A stretch of 63,202 nucleotides of DNA, filler included, from Octopus bimaculoides (GCF_001194135.2; 8 parts of 7 records of this genome joined end to end with filler, not necessarily neighbours in it); one strand, 5' to 3'; positions 38,882 to 50,422 are shown, counted from the first letter of the whole stretch. A program made the numbers and translations. Notes: generated by a model from the letters alone, not told the origin.

Positions 38882-39095
38882 CATTGTGTCTGTGTTTGTT
38901 TCCTCCATTACCGATTGACAACCAGTGTTGGTGAGTTTACATCCCCATAACTTAGCGGTTCGGCAAAAGAGTTTGATAGACTAAGTATTAGGTTGAAAAT
39001 ATAAATTCTGGGGTCAATGTGTTCGACTAAAACCCTTCAAAGCGGTGCTCCAGTATGGCTGCAGTCAAATGACTGAAAGAAATAAAATAATAAAA
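38635..39095 (+). mobile_element. SINE family A, full length
   Basis: Head, long (GT)n spacer and tail block are collinear with the other copies. Confidence 0.9.
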
Positions 39096-39513
39096 AGAAT
39101 AAAAGAATGCATACTTACACACACACATGCCCAGGCAATGCAGGACAAGGACATTTAGTTTCATTTAATTCAATCTTCGGTTGGAATCAAGTTCGACTGG
39201 CCCTCTGTGGTAAAGTTCTTATTTGTTATTAATTTATTTGTTCATAATGCACCTAACTGATATGCTGACCCGTCGGATATTCTGGAGTATACTTAATAAC
39301 GTACGACCAATACAACCTACGCGTTTGGATTACCCCACAGGCTATCAAAATACTCATAAGGGTTAACTTCTCTGTACACACAACGTATATTTTTCTCTGG
39401 TTATACTTCGGTACCCAATTTATCTATTCGACTAAAAGTGGTGTTTCGTAGTTGATTTCGACCCTACCTGGTGCCTACCATTTTAGTACTTGATTCCTTT
39501 GAATCTTTTATAT

Positions 39514-39548
<35 letters not shown>

Positions 39549-39889
39549 ATATATATATATATATATATACATATATATATGGATATATAAGTGTGTATTC
39601 TCTTTCGCTCTCCTCTTAAGACACCTTTCCTCCCTACTTTTATTCACCCCCACTTTTTCCTTCCATATCTGTACCCCTCCCCATCTCTATAAGCGTTGTT
39701 AAGTGTATCTCCTTCTCTCTCCTACCTCAGACGGCCCGCACCCATCTATATAACACTTCAAGTAGGTCTTCCGCAAACAAAGCCAATCGTAAATCAAAAA
39801 TATCAGTACCTTGTACTTGAGCATCGTCGAACGACACCTAATCACATAGGTTGATGATTAAATCATGGTTAAGAGCCGCTCTCTGCAAA

Positions 39890-40350
39890 CATACGTCTAT
39901 ATAGACAAACATGCATGCGCGCGTAAACAGATGCTCCTTCGTCTTCTTAGTCGTCTGTCATAGCCGACGATGACCTCTCTTGCAGCTGATACACCGGAGT
40001 CAACGCGCGTGTGCGTATGCAAGTCAATTTCACAATTGACATGTTCATGCATATGAAACAAACTCAGATATGATGATTTGTGGTGGTTGATGCATGTCAC
40101 TGGTGTTTGCCCGCGCCAGCCACTTTTTATCTGTTCGATTTCAGTGGTCTACAAAGTTGGTGATGGTGGATGGTGTTAATTATTGGCTACTCAATGCTGT
40201 GTTTTTGTCCATTCTTCCTATAAGGCCTGTGGCATCTTGTACTGCTCCTGTGTGCGTCTTGGCTATTCACAGTATCACTTCTTTTGGCTTCTCTGCTTTC
40301 ATGACCCCGTTAACATCACGCAATAAAAGACAACTATATGTGTATAATTG
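39890..40350 (-). mobile_element. Possible decayed Tc1-like transposase N-terminal fragment
   Basis: Only loose similarity (DRRLRRRRSICLRA vs the TVRRRLxxxGLxAR motif), with many stops. Confidence 0.2.
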
Positions 40351-40974
40351 GTCATACTCATCTCAGCCATGTTTCAGGTAGCATGTTTGAAAATAACTAG
40401 CGCTTTATATGCGATATAATATATCCCCGTAGGTAACTCTGTTCTTCATATATAATGCAGTCTTCTATGGTAGAACGTTTCGGGTTGCTTACATTTTGTG
40501 CCTTCTTACAGAGTCTAAGTTTCACTATATTAGATAAAAGCGGTGGTCACCACTCACTTTTACATAGCCAGTTTGACGTTGCCCTTATTGAAGAAGTGCT
40601 TCCGTAAAGACCAAAAGTCCAATTAGTTTAGTAAAGCCTGTACTAAATTTCTTTTTCCATCGTGATGTCTGAGGTAGAGTTTCCAAAGTTCGTTAATGTT
40701 CAGTGAATTGGAGTGCAATGAAAAGACCGATATGGCAACTGACGTTCTGCGAACTAACTTCTGTCTTATTAGATTTGATCGAATAGCCATAGCCGATGTC
40801 ACACCGTTAATTTAATATGGAAAAGTACCTAAAATACTTGTAGGTTCTCCCCTAATTAAGCAATAATAAGCATTCGTTGGTGTAAAGTAATACAATCGTG
40901 GTCAAATGTTTGGAATATATTTTAAAAAATTAAAAGTGTTATGCCCAAGGACAATTCATTTCAAATATACTTAC

Positions 40975-41001
40975 CTAATAACTGATCCAATGGTTCAATA
41001 T
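40975..41001 (-). CDS. Candidate 27-nt microexon
   Basis: TTGCCTACTTTTTCTTCTAG|ATATTGAACCATTGGATCAGTTATTAG|GTAAGT. Near-consensus splice sites. Open in phase 1/1 (xIEPLDQLL); in phase 0 it gives ILNHWISY-stop. Confidence 0.55.
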   Translation of the reverse strand: MLNHWISY

Positions 41002-41676
41002 CTAGAAGAAAAAGTAGGCAAAAAATTATAATTTTCAGACCTGTTCAAAACTTTTGGTCACGCCTATATGTGCACTGGGATAATTTTGGCTCGGTCGTTC
41101 GTGTGCATATCGAGGTGAAGTTTTCATAGGTGCTTCTAAAAGGTTATTCAAGTGTGGCACTGAGATAAAACACAAGAAGCGTGAGTGCTGATAAAAAACA
41201 TCCCTGTTGACTCATGTCTCTTAGGAAACTAGCAGTGCTACTTCATGCAGTAGGATGAAATTCTTTGCATCCCCGTGTAGTAGTGCAAGTAACCTAACAA
41301 AATGTTTCAAGAACAGCCTTCACGTTTAGCATCACAGCTCACAGCATGCTGGGGTTTATGGAGTTGAGCCAACCTTCTAATAAATACTGACAGTTACAAC
41401 AAAATATGTTGAGTGCTACTATGCTTTGTTTTGTTTTTCTTGGTTTACCACAATCACTGATACACATACTCACACCTAAACATACACACACACACACACA
41501 TACACACACACACACATACGCACACACACATGCACACACTCTCACATACACGCACACATAGACATGCACACATATATGTGTGTGTGCTTTGGTGTGGTGA
41601 TTGCTGGAACAAACATGAGGAATAACACATTCTCTCCACACACTTTCTCTCTCTCTCTCTCTATATATATATACAT

Positions 41677-41872
41677 ATGGGAGAATATACGAAAAAACAA
41701 CAACAGACGAGGACAGGTGGTGTAAATAACAAAAGGATGTATTAGTATGACGCTCGGGAATACGGAAAGTCTTTGACGTTTCGAGCTACGCTCTTCAACA
41801 GAAAGAATACGGAGACAAGGAGAAAAACACGGAGAAAAGAAATTGAATAGTGTTCAGTCAACGGTCAATCAT
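41677..41872 (-). mobile_element. Family F short repeat flanked by (TA)n, carrying a hammerhead-like fold
   Basis: Related copies at 16708-16763 and 52485-52640. All three abut (TA)n tracts. Confidence 0.75.
41770..41806 (-). ncRNA. Minimal hammerhead-like fold with variant core CUGUUGA
   Basis: TCTTT|CTGTTGA|A|GAGC-GTA-GCTC|GAA|ACGT|C|AAAGA. Perfect 5-bp stem I, 4-bp stem II, palindromic stem III and a GUC triplet. A6 is replaced by U. Confidence 0.6.
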
Positions 41873-41984
41873 AATATATATATANNNNNNNNNNNNNNNN
41901 NNNNNNNNNNNNNNNNNNNNNNNNNNNNTTAATTAATTAANNNNNNNNNNNNNNNNNNNNNNNNNNNNNNNNNNNNNNNNNNNN

Positions 41985-42385
41985 GTGCTTTTTCTGTCTC
42001 TTCTCTCAAGGCTCGCCTACCAAGTATCCATAATAATTTTTCTATCGTCTTGGCTCAACAACCCGCACCGTTTGTTTTTACTGTCTTGTTCTCACTGTCC
42101 TGTTCTTGTTAACACTTTCACCCTCCGCAAAAAATTCCAAATTTTATTTAATTTGCTTTGCTGGAAGGACTGTTTCAACGAAGTCACGTATTGTCCTTGC
42201 CTACGAAACGCGGAGTAGATGAAACAGGGATAACTGATAAAGGGGTATACTCTTTATGTTGCATGTCTCGTTTCTCTGTTTTTTTATTTCGTCGTTCGAA
42301 AAAAAGTTCGTTTTCTATGTTTTTGTTTTTGTTTTCGTTTCTCATTGTGTTCAACGTTTTTTGATGTCCTGTACCCATATATGCA
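41985..42385 (+). mobile_element. Family G repeat fragment with a hammerhead remnant at 42170-42227
   Basis: CTGTTTCA-ACGA-AGT...AC-GAAACGCG-GAGTAGA-TGAAACAG. Outer 8-bp complementarity is intact, but core bases appear deleted. Ends in a TA-rich tract. Confidence 0.4.
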
Positions 42386-43176
42386 TGTATGTATACATAT
42401 ATATGTAGGTATGTACATATATGTATGGATATATGCATTTATATANNNNNNNNNNNNNNNNNNNNNNNNNNNNNNNNNNNNNNNNNNNNNNNNNNNNNNN
42501 NNNNNNNNNNNNNNNNNNNNNNNNNNNNNNNNNNNNNNNNNNNNNNNNNNNNNNNNNNNNNNNNNNNNNNNNNNNNNNNNNNNNNNNNNNNNNNNNNNNN
42601 NNNNNNNNNNNNNNNNNNNNNNNNNNNNNNNNNNNNNNNNNNNNNNNNNNNNNNNNNNNNNNNNNNNNNNNNNNNNNNNNNNNNNNNNNNNNNNNNNNNN
42701 NNNNNNNNNNNNNNNNNNNNNNNNNNNNNNNNNNNNNNNNNNNNNNNNNNNNNNNNNNNNNNNNNNNNNNNNNNNNNNNNNNNNNNNNNNNNNNNNNNNN
42801 NNNNNNNNNNNNNNNNNNNNNNNNNNNNNNNNNNNNNNNNNNNNNNNNNNNNNNNNNNNNNNNNNNNNNNNNNNNNNNNNNNNNNNNNNNNNNNNNNNNN
42901 NNNNNNNNNNNNNNNNNNNNNNNNNNNNNNNNNNNNNNNNNNNNNNNNNNNNNNNNNNNNNNNNNNNNNNNNNNNNNNNNNNNNNNNNNNNNNNNNNNNN
43001 NNNNNNNNNNNNNNNNNNNNNNNNNNNNNNNNNNNNNNNNNNNNNNNNNNNNNNNNNNNNNNNNNNNNNNNNNNNNNNNNNNNNNNNNNNNNNNNNNNNN
43101 NNNGCTATCAACGACGACTTGTCTTCACTTGGACAGCTAGAAGTCCGAGTGGAGACAGCTGAACTGTTGTACTTAC

Positions 43177-43295
43177 GATTCCTGTATTTATCCTGCCATC
43201 TATGTTGCCAGAGAGTTCTGGAAATCCTTGTAACTTTTACAAATTTCTAGAAAGTTCTAGAAAATTCTGCTTCAGCAACTCGGCGCTGAGTTTGT
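43177..43295 (-). other. Candidate 119-nt exon with stops in all frames (non-coding or poison exon)
   Basis: TTTTCCATTACATTTCAG|ACAAAC...CAGGAATC|GTAAGTAC. Confidence 0.45.
43244..43268. promoter_or_regulatory. Perfect five-unit heat shock element
   Basis: TTC-TA-GAA-AG-TTC-TA-GAA-AA-TTC (43245-43267), with a further TTC-TG-GAA at 43216-43223. Confidence 0.65.
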
Positions 43296-43809
43296 CTGAA
43301 ATGTAATGGAAAATAGGCCACAAAAGCAAAGTTTGAAGGGAAAAGTAGTTAGTTACTTTGGTTTCTAGCTAGATGCAAATAGGAAATAACACTTACTTAT
43401 CAAAGACGAAAAAAAAAAAAAAATGAATAAACAGATGAAATAGAAATTTTGTTACACAGTGTAATAGTATGTATATATTGGTTTCATGTCCCACGAGTAG
43501 GTTTCGAACTATTGTATCTAACAGATTTTTCCAAATTAATATTTACATGCTATCTAATACTTATAATTTTATGTTTTTTTGCGATCCACTACACCATAAA
43601 ATATACATACATACATACATAACAAAGAATGGCTATAAGTGGTTCATCAATGAGCGGATAGATATACATATATCGGAAAGAAAGAATGAACAAGCATAAC
43701 ATGCTAGTTTATGCCTGGAGATGGCTCAAAGAAGCTTTCAACTGTTTTACTTCTACTGTAAAGCACGGAGGTGATTCGAATGATTTGCGCAGTAATCATA
43801 CATTGATAA

Positions 43810-44110
43810 ACATCCAATGGCGTTGGAGAGCATAAAGACAAAGTTATAATTTTGAAAAAATCAGCTGACATTGAAGGGGACCAGAAGGGATATGAATACT
43901 GGAAAAGAGTTACCCGTATCATGATGATTCGTGTCGATATCATGATTGTTGCTCACTGTTCTATGAACACTACAAAATCTGTAAGGCGTGATATGGACAA
44001 CATGAAAACAAAGTTACCCAAACTGTGATTGTCTTCGGGTGTATCTCCAGTGAAGATGACCCACATCATGATGCCCCACATCATTGAACAGGGCCTTCGG
44101 CTCTTGGCTC
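43810..44110 (+). mobile_element. maT/mariner-like transposase fragment with an internal deletion
   Basis: YWKRVTRIMMIRVDIMIVAHCSMNT (homologous to the 6.3 kb fragment) is fused to MKTKLPQTVIVFGCISSE...MMPHIIEQGLRL, a region near the catalytic domain. Confidence 0.6.
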
Positions 44111-44169
44111 TTCCCTGCCTGAAGATCTTGTCTCGAACAGGCAAAAATTATCATTATCATTCAGTCATT

Positions 44170-44275
44170 CTTTCATTTCTTCTTCTTCTTCTTCTTCTTC
44201 TTCTTCTTCTTCTTCTTCTTCTTCTTCTTCTTCTTCTTCTTCATGATGATGATGATGGTCATCCTCCTCCTCCTC

Positions 44276-44321
<46 letters not shown>

Positions 44322-44398
44322 ACGTTGTCGTCGTCGTCGTCGTCGTTATCATCATCATCATCATCTTGTTCTTGTTCTTGTTCTTCTTGTTCTTGTTC

Positions 44399-44436
<38 letters not shown>

Positions 44437-44528
44437 CTTCTTCTTCTTCTTCTTCTTCTTCTTCTTCTTCTTCTTCTTCTTCTTCTTCTTGTTTTTCTTC
44501 CTCTTCTTCTTCTTCTTCTTCTTCTTCT

Positions 44529-44562
<34 letters not shown>

Positions 44563-44670
44563 TGCTGTTGTTGTTGCAGTACCATCAGTAGCACAGTAGT
44601 TGTGGTGGTAATGTGGCTACTAGTAGTAGCTGTAGTAGTAATAGCAGTAGTAGCAGCAGCAGCAGTGATG
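44170..44670. repeat. Compound trinucleotide microsatellite block
   Basis: Successive (TTC)n, (GAT)n, (CAT)n, (CGT)n, (GTT)n, (CTT)n, (AGT)n and (GCA)n tracts. Confidence 0.95.
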
Positions 44671-45222
44671 GCCTGTCTTTAAACATTCTTTGATGAATAC
44701 ATCACTGTTTATCAAATTAAATTTCACAAGGTGGGGGTGCAGGGCGTTGGGGGAATGTTTTGAATGTGGCTTTCATTCTCTTTCATGCAGATACCAATAA
44801 ACAATGGATATATAACGCTGGTGAGGGGGGGTAGTATCGATATATATATACATATGCATATACATACATACATATATATATATATATATCTATATATATA
44901 TATATATATATATNNNNNNNNNNNNNNNNNNNNNNNNNNNNNNNNNNNNNNNNNNNNTTAATTAATTAANNNNNNNNNNNNNNNNNNNNNNNNNNNNNNN
45001 NNNNNNNNNNNNNGGAGATGAATGTTTTGAAAACATTCTGAGCTATCTTTCAGAATGGTTTACTTTTCAATGAAATGTCATTTTGTTATTTTTCATGCTT
45101 TTATTCAATTAATCTGAAATTTTCTTCTTGTATCAGATGGATAACCCACCCTCCATTTACAGCAAGTAGCGAGTGTCTCGTTTTTACCTGTGTGCTAAAT
45201 TTGACTACTTACGACTAACGCG

Positions 45223-45234
45223 TGCGCATGCGCA
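45223..45234. promoter_or_regulatory. NRF1-type palindrome TGCGCATGCGCA
   Basis: Exact match to the YGCGCAYGCGCR consensus in a locally GC-rich, non-repetitive patch. Confidence 0.45.
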
Positions 45235-45395
45235 AATTTGTGACATGCATACTCCCAGAACTCGGATCCACACTTCTCCAGTAGTGCCAAATTTTGAAAC
45301 TGAGTTTGCACCCCCTAAGCAAATTTTGTTCCCGGGCCACTGCCCATACCTATTGAATTAATTTCCCTTTATTCAACGGTTTTTTTCATAGTGTT

Positions 45396-45468
45396 TGTCT
45401 TAATAACTGATGATGTGCGGGAGCAGACTTCAGCCCCGGCATCCGAAACTTTGAATTTTATCATGACA
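45396..45468 (+). ncRNA. Decayed type I hammerhead-like fold
   Basis: TGTCTTAATAA|CTGATGA, a GC-rich imperfect hairpin, then GAA|ACT-TTG-AAT|T|TTATCATGACA. Stem I pairs at 9 of 11 positions and abuts the core. Stem III has one mismatch, and the base of stem II is out of register. Confidence 0.4.
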
Positions 45469-46515
45469 ACCAACTAATTGTCACATATTATTATACTTAT
45501 AGATAATTTCCTCTATTTTACATATCGAGGTCTCATTCATTCTTTTGCTGTCATATTATTATTATTAATATATATATATACGTATATGCTAATATGTATT
45601 TATGTAAGGACTATGTGCTTACGTATGTATGTACGTATGTACATACGTATGTGTGAAGTGTGAACGAGTGAATAAGTGGATATTGGAAACATAAAGATTG
45701 AATCTTATTTCAGTACTAACAGACATGCAAAAGCGTTAACGGAAAGGATTGGTACACGCAAACATTCACATACGTATGCTGATGTATACAACTGTGTGAC
45801 TTAACTCATGTAAACTTCATGGTGTTTATTTATTTCGCAATACACCACATGTGAAAATGAGCGAAATAAACGAATAATCAAATATAATTGATATCACGTC
45901 AAGTAAAAGATATGATGTGACTGACATTTTACGTTATTCTGGTTTACATTAAAACAAATTATTATCCATCAGTTTAAAAGCAATATATGTGTGACACATA
46001 TATTTGCTCTCATATTGTTTCTTTACACATCAGACTCTTAAACTAGACAATGTTACAAAATTTTATAATCATTTTTCTTTCATTTCCTTATTAAACATAC
46101 AACATTTACCGATATGATTTTGATATATTTCAGAAAAAACCTTACAGGACGATTCAATGGTGTGTTCTCAAAAATATTTAAAATATTGAAATTGAAGAGC
46201 AAATAACGTGATGAAGATGATAAGGCGACGATAATCACCGTTTTGTAGCCGATGTTGTGTCATTTATTCTCATTGTATGATAATAACACGGTTGTAAGCG
46301 ATTAATTTTGATAAATTCGTTTGCTATGTATATGCATATAGACAGATATGGATTATAATTAGTTTTATATGTATATATATATGTATATATATATGTATAT
46401 ATATATATATATATANNNNNNNNNNNNNNNNNNNNNNNNNNNNNNNNNNNNNNNNNNNNTTAATTAATTAANNNNNNNNNNNNNNNNNNNNNNNNNNNNN
46501 NNNNNNNNNNNNNNN

Positions 46516-46546
<31 letters not shown>

Positions 46547-46657
46547 GTATATGTAGATATACATAAATGTATTCATATGTACACATGTGCAAGTACACAC
46601 ACACACATACTCTTCTCATGATTGAAAAGGAAACCACCTTTTCTTATTTGAACTTAC

Positions 46658-46720
46658 TTCGGTTTCTTCTGTTTTGATGACATGCTTCTCTGGTTCCATG
46701 ATTGGTAGAATGGCACGTAC
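46658..46720 (-). CDS. Internal coding exon (63 nt, phase 0/0) of an unidentified minus-strand gene: VRAILPIMEPEKHVIKTEETE
   Basis: CTCTCCTTCACAG|GTA...GAA|GTAAGT. Phase-compatible with exon 50507-50754. Confidence 0.75.
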
Positions 46721-46911
46721 CTGTGAAGGAGAGCGAGAATGAGACAATGTGTGTGTGCGTGAAAGAGAGGGCAAGAGAGAGAGAGAGAGAGAGAGAGGAT
46801 GAGAGCAAGAGAGCAAGAGAGAGAGGGTGAGAGAGTGTGTGCAAGAGAGAGTGAGAGAGAAAGTCAGAAAGAGAGAGAGGGGTGACAAAGAAAGATGCAA
46901 GAGAGAGAGAG

Positions 46912-46955
<44 letters not shown>

Positions 46956-47008
46956 AATTAAATTTGAATATTAAGCATGAATAATATAAAAATAAGACAT
47001 TTAAGATA

Positions 47009-47401
47009 GGTGCAGGAGTGGCTGTGTGGTTCCAGGTTCAGTCCCACTGCATGGCACCTTGGGCAAGCCTTGTGAGTGCATTTGGTAGACAGAAACTGAA
47101 AGAAGCCCATCCTGTATCTATAAATGGTTTTTCAAGGTAAATAAATAAAAAATAACACTTGCCCAAAGTGCCATATGGTGGGACAAACAAGGACAGACAG
47201 ACGGATTAAATCGAATATATCGAACCCAGTGTGTAACTGGTACTTATTTAATCGACCCCGAAAGGATGAAAGGCAAAGTTGACCTCGGCGGAATTTGAAC
47301 TCAGAAAGTAGCGACGGCCGAAACACCGCTAAGCTATTCGCCCGGCGTGCTACCGATTCTGCCAGCTTGCCATCTTCTTACCACACAGCCACACCCGCAC
47401 C
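47009..47401. mobile_element. SINE cluster: internally deleted family A (+), then a family A (-) copy split by a family B (-) insertion
   Basis: A(+) 47009-47111, A(-) pieces at about 47153-47180 and 47373-47401, B(-) at about 47195-47372. Confidence 0.75.
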
Positions 47402-48292
47402 TCATGTGTAAATTTATTATTTAGTGACCAACAGAAAACCACCCAGAGGGCAGTGTTTCTGTTAGTGTTAGTAATAATTTCTAATACAGTTCTAAGATTT
47501 GTAAAGGAATAGTATTTTTTTATACTTACTTTTGCCATTCTTTTAGCCTGTTTTTTACCACTTTTACGCTGTTTTTCATCTTTGAATAAATAACAAATAT
47601 ATCATAATATATATCCACATATATAAACAAAATATATATCATGAGTGAGGCTTATATTTATCATAGAAATGTTGCAATAAAGAAGGATTCAATTTGTGAC
47701 TTCAATAGCTAAATAGCTATGGCTATTTCAGTTGCAAAATACAGATGCGTCGTAGAATTAGAATTGTATTGTAAACATTCAGTCTTGCATTCGGGAAATG
47801 TCAACTAAAGCAACAACAATATTTATTGAGTACTGCAAAGGTTTAAACCATATATATATATTTTTTATTATATGTATTTATTTTCTCCTAGTAATAAATA
47901 ACTCAGATAAAATAAATTGGTTAATAGATACCAGGGTATCGGTTATAATGTCTTACGTTTAAGCTGGTTACCATACATTTCCCTGAGGAGAAGTTTACAT
48001 TTTTAACATCACCGATTCCTATGGATCGCATAAATTGTAATTCTTCGAAACATATGTCGGAATAAAAGTATGCAGTTATAATTTGCGTTTACTCCATTCT
48101 TTAAATTTATATATATATATATATATATATATGGGCATATATACATACACACATACATACAAACATACATACATATATATATAGTGTGTATATATATAGA
48201 AAAAATGTGTGTATATATATATATATATATATACATACGTACACACAGATAGATAGATAGATATATACACAGATAGACAGATAGACAGACAT

Positions 48293-48343
<51 letters not shown>

Positions 48344-49142
48344 TACATATATATATATATATATATANNNNNNNNNNNNNNNNNNNNNNNNNNNNNNNNN
48401 NNNNNNNNNNNNNNNNNNNNNNNNNNNNNNNNNNNNNNNNNNNNNNNNNNNNNNNNNNNNNNNNNNNNNNNNNNNNNNNNNNNNNNNNNNNNNNNNNNNN
48501 NNNNNNNNNNNNNNNNNNNNNNNNNNNNNNNNNNNNNNNNNNNNNNNNNNNNNNNNNNNNNNNNNNNNNNNNNNNNNNNNNNNNNNNNNNNNNNNNNNNN
48601 NNNNNNNNNNNNNNNNNNNNNNNNNNNNNNNNNNNNNNNNNNNNNNNNNNNNNNNNNNNNNNNNNNNNNNNNNNNNNNNNNNNNNNNNNNNNNNNNNNNN
48701 NNNNNNNNNAGACAGATAGATAGATATAGATATATACATTCATATACATATATTTACATATATGCATGCATATATATTGAACAATTGTGGAGATCTCTTA
48801 TGTATGAAACTGCTGTTTGCTTTTTGTTAACCCACAAATAATGTGTGTGCCTACCTGGGACCTGCTGCTCTCCATCTTCGTCAATTGCTGCTTTACTCCT
48901 TGAAGCTTTATGTTTCCCTGATTTCTTATCTTTTTGTCTTTTCTCCCGTCTGCCTTCCTCAATCTGACTTTCCGTATCATAATCTGCAGCCTCTGTGCAA
49001 GTAAGGACATATATATATCAGTATATTCCCTTAGTAGATACTATTATCATAATTGTTTTTATTATTATTATTTCATTTACTCACAATAGATTAGACTGCT
49101 GAAAAAAAAAAAATTACAAACATCAGATTACAACAATTAACT

Positions 49143-49268
49143 TTAGATGACAAGAACCTTCCTAAGTATCCTAACTGTTCCTAGTAATACTGTTTTCTGG
49201 AGCTGCACCAAACTAAGTTTTATGCCTATGTCCTCTCTCTATCTATTCAAATCTTTAGAGATAGTTCC
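49143..49268 (-). mobile_element. C-terminal end of an RLE-type (Hero/NeSL-like) non-LTR retrotransposon ORF
   Basis: GTISKDLNR*REDIGIKLSLVQLQKTVLLGTVRILRKVLVI-stop matches the LQKxxLLGTxRILRKVL terminus. An (AAC)n-tailed fragment and a maT terminus interrupt it upstream. Confidence 0.65.
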
Positions 49269-49982
49269 TGTTGTTGTTGGCACTCCGTCGCTTACGACGT
49301 TAAGGGTTCCAGTTGATCCAAGAAAGTTGAGGGTGGCTACTTTATGTAAATTGTTATCTCCCAGCCATAATCTAGCTGAAAGGTTTTTGATTTTTTGATA
49401 TAATTTATTTCTGTATGAGATATTGTGTTTTCTTTTCCTCCTATGCAAACTGTTGAATTTAGCTCAAACACCCTGTAGATGGAGATTCTCCCAGAACAAG
49501 AAAATCACATTATTCTTGTGTTCACATGCTTTGTGTAACAATCTGTATACCATGTGCAATTTGCTGGTGAGTTCCTTTTTGCTTAAAGTCCCCCATTTCC
49601 TGGGGGCTTGTTGATATTTTTTGTTCTCTCATCATTATTGTTGTTGATGGAGTCAGCTGTGGCTGAGAAGTACATCAGTGAGAGAGTGGGAGAATTTGCA
49701 GAGAACAATGGTGATGTTATGCAGGAGGTGAAAGTGTACAGGATTGAATTTCCGTTAGAGTAGGAATATTGCATAACTGGGTGAGAGATCTGTGTTGTTA
49801 CATTTGTCATTTAGCTGAGTACCTTTGCATCATAGGACTGCCCAATCAGGACATGTCTGGAACATGAACAACAACAACAGCAGTAACAACAATGACAACA
49901 ACAGCAACAACAGCAACAACCATAAAAATAAACAGCAGCAACAACATCATTTACACACCAGTCGAATGTCTGAATCAAATAC

Positions 49983-50422
49983 TTAACCCTTTAACATTCA
50001 AATTGGCCATATCTGGCCCAAATACTTTACCTATTTAATGTAGGTGTGAGAGGCCAGATCCAGCCTCTCACACCTACCCTACTATGTCATCCTAAAAATA
50101 AACAATCACATCACTGAAATCTCAAAACTATAAGATAATGCATGGTTAATTCAAAACGCTGTAAATAGATAAGGATTATATTTGACAGACTAATCTAAAT
50201 GCTAAGGGTTTCAGCCAGCCATATCCAGCCCAAATATTTCACCCATTTAATGTTTAGACTGTCCAGATTCAGCTTCTCACACCTACCCTACAATGTCATT
50301 CTAAAAATAAACAATCACATCACTGAAATCTCAAAGCTATAAGATAATGCATGGTTAATTCAAAACGCTGTAAATAGATAAGGATTATATTTGATCGAGT
50401 AATCTGAATGCTAAAGGATTAA
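49983..50422. mobile_element. Tandem dimer of the piggyBac-like MITE
   Basis: TTAA-CCCTTTAACATT start. Two near-identical units of about 215 bp end in AATGCTAAGGG (50208) and AATGCTAAAGGA-TTAA (50422). Confidence 0.8.

Noticed and set aside
40465-40515. CCGAAACGTT with an upstream CTGTAAGAAGG on the minus strand (a similar motif lies at 32426-32450)
   Set aside because: No stem I complementarity, and the 32.4 kb motif has G at the cleavage position.
44029-44682. Poly-L/H/S/K ORFs, and the many YIYI/CVCV ORFs elsewhere
   Set aside because: They are translations of microsatellites with no coding signal.
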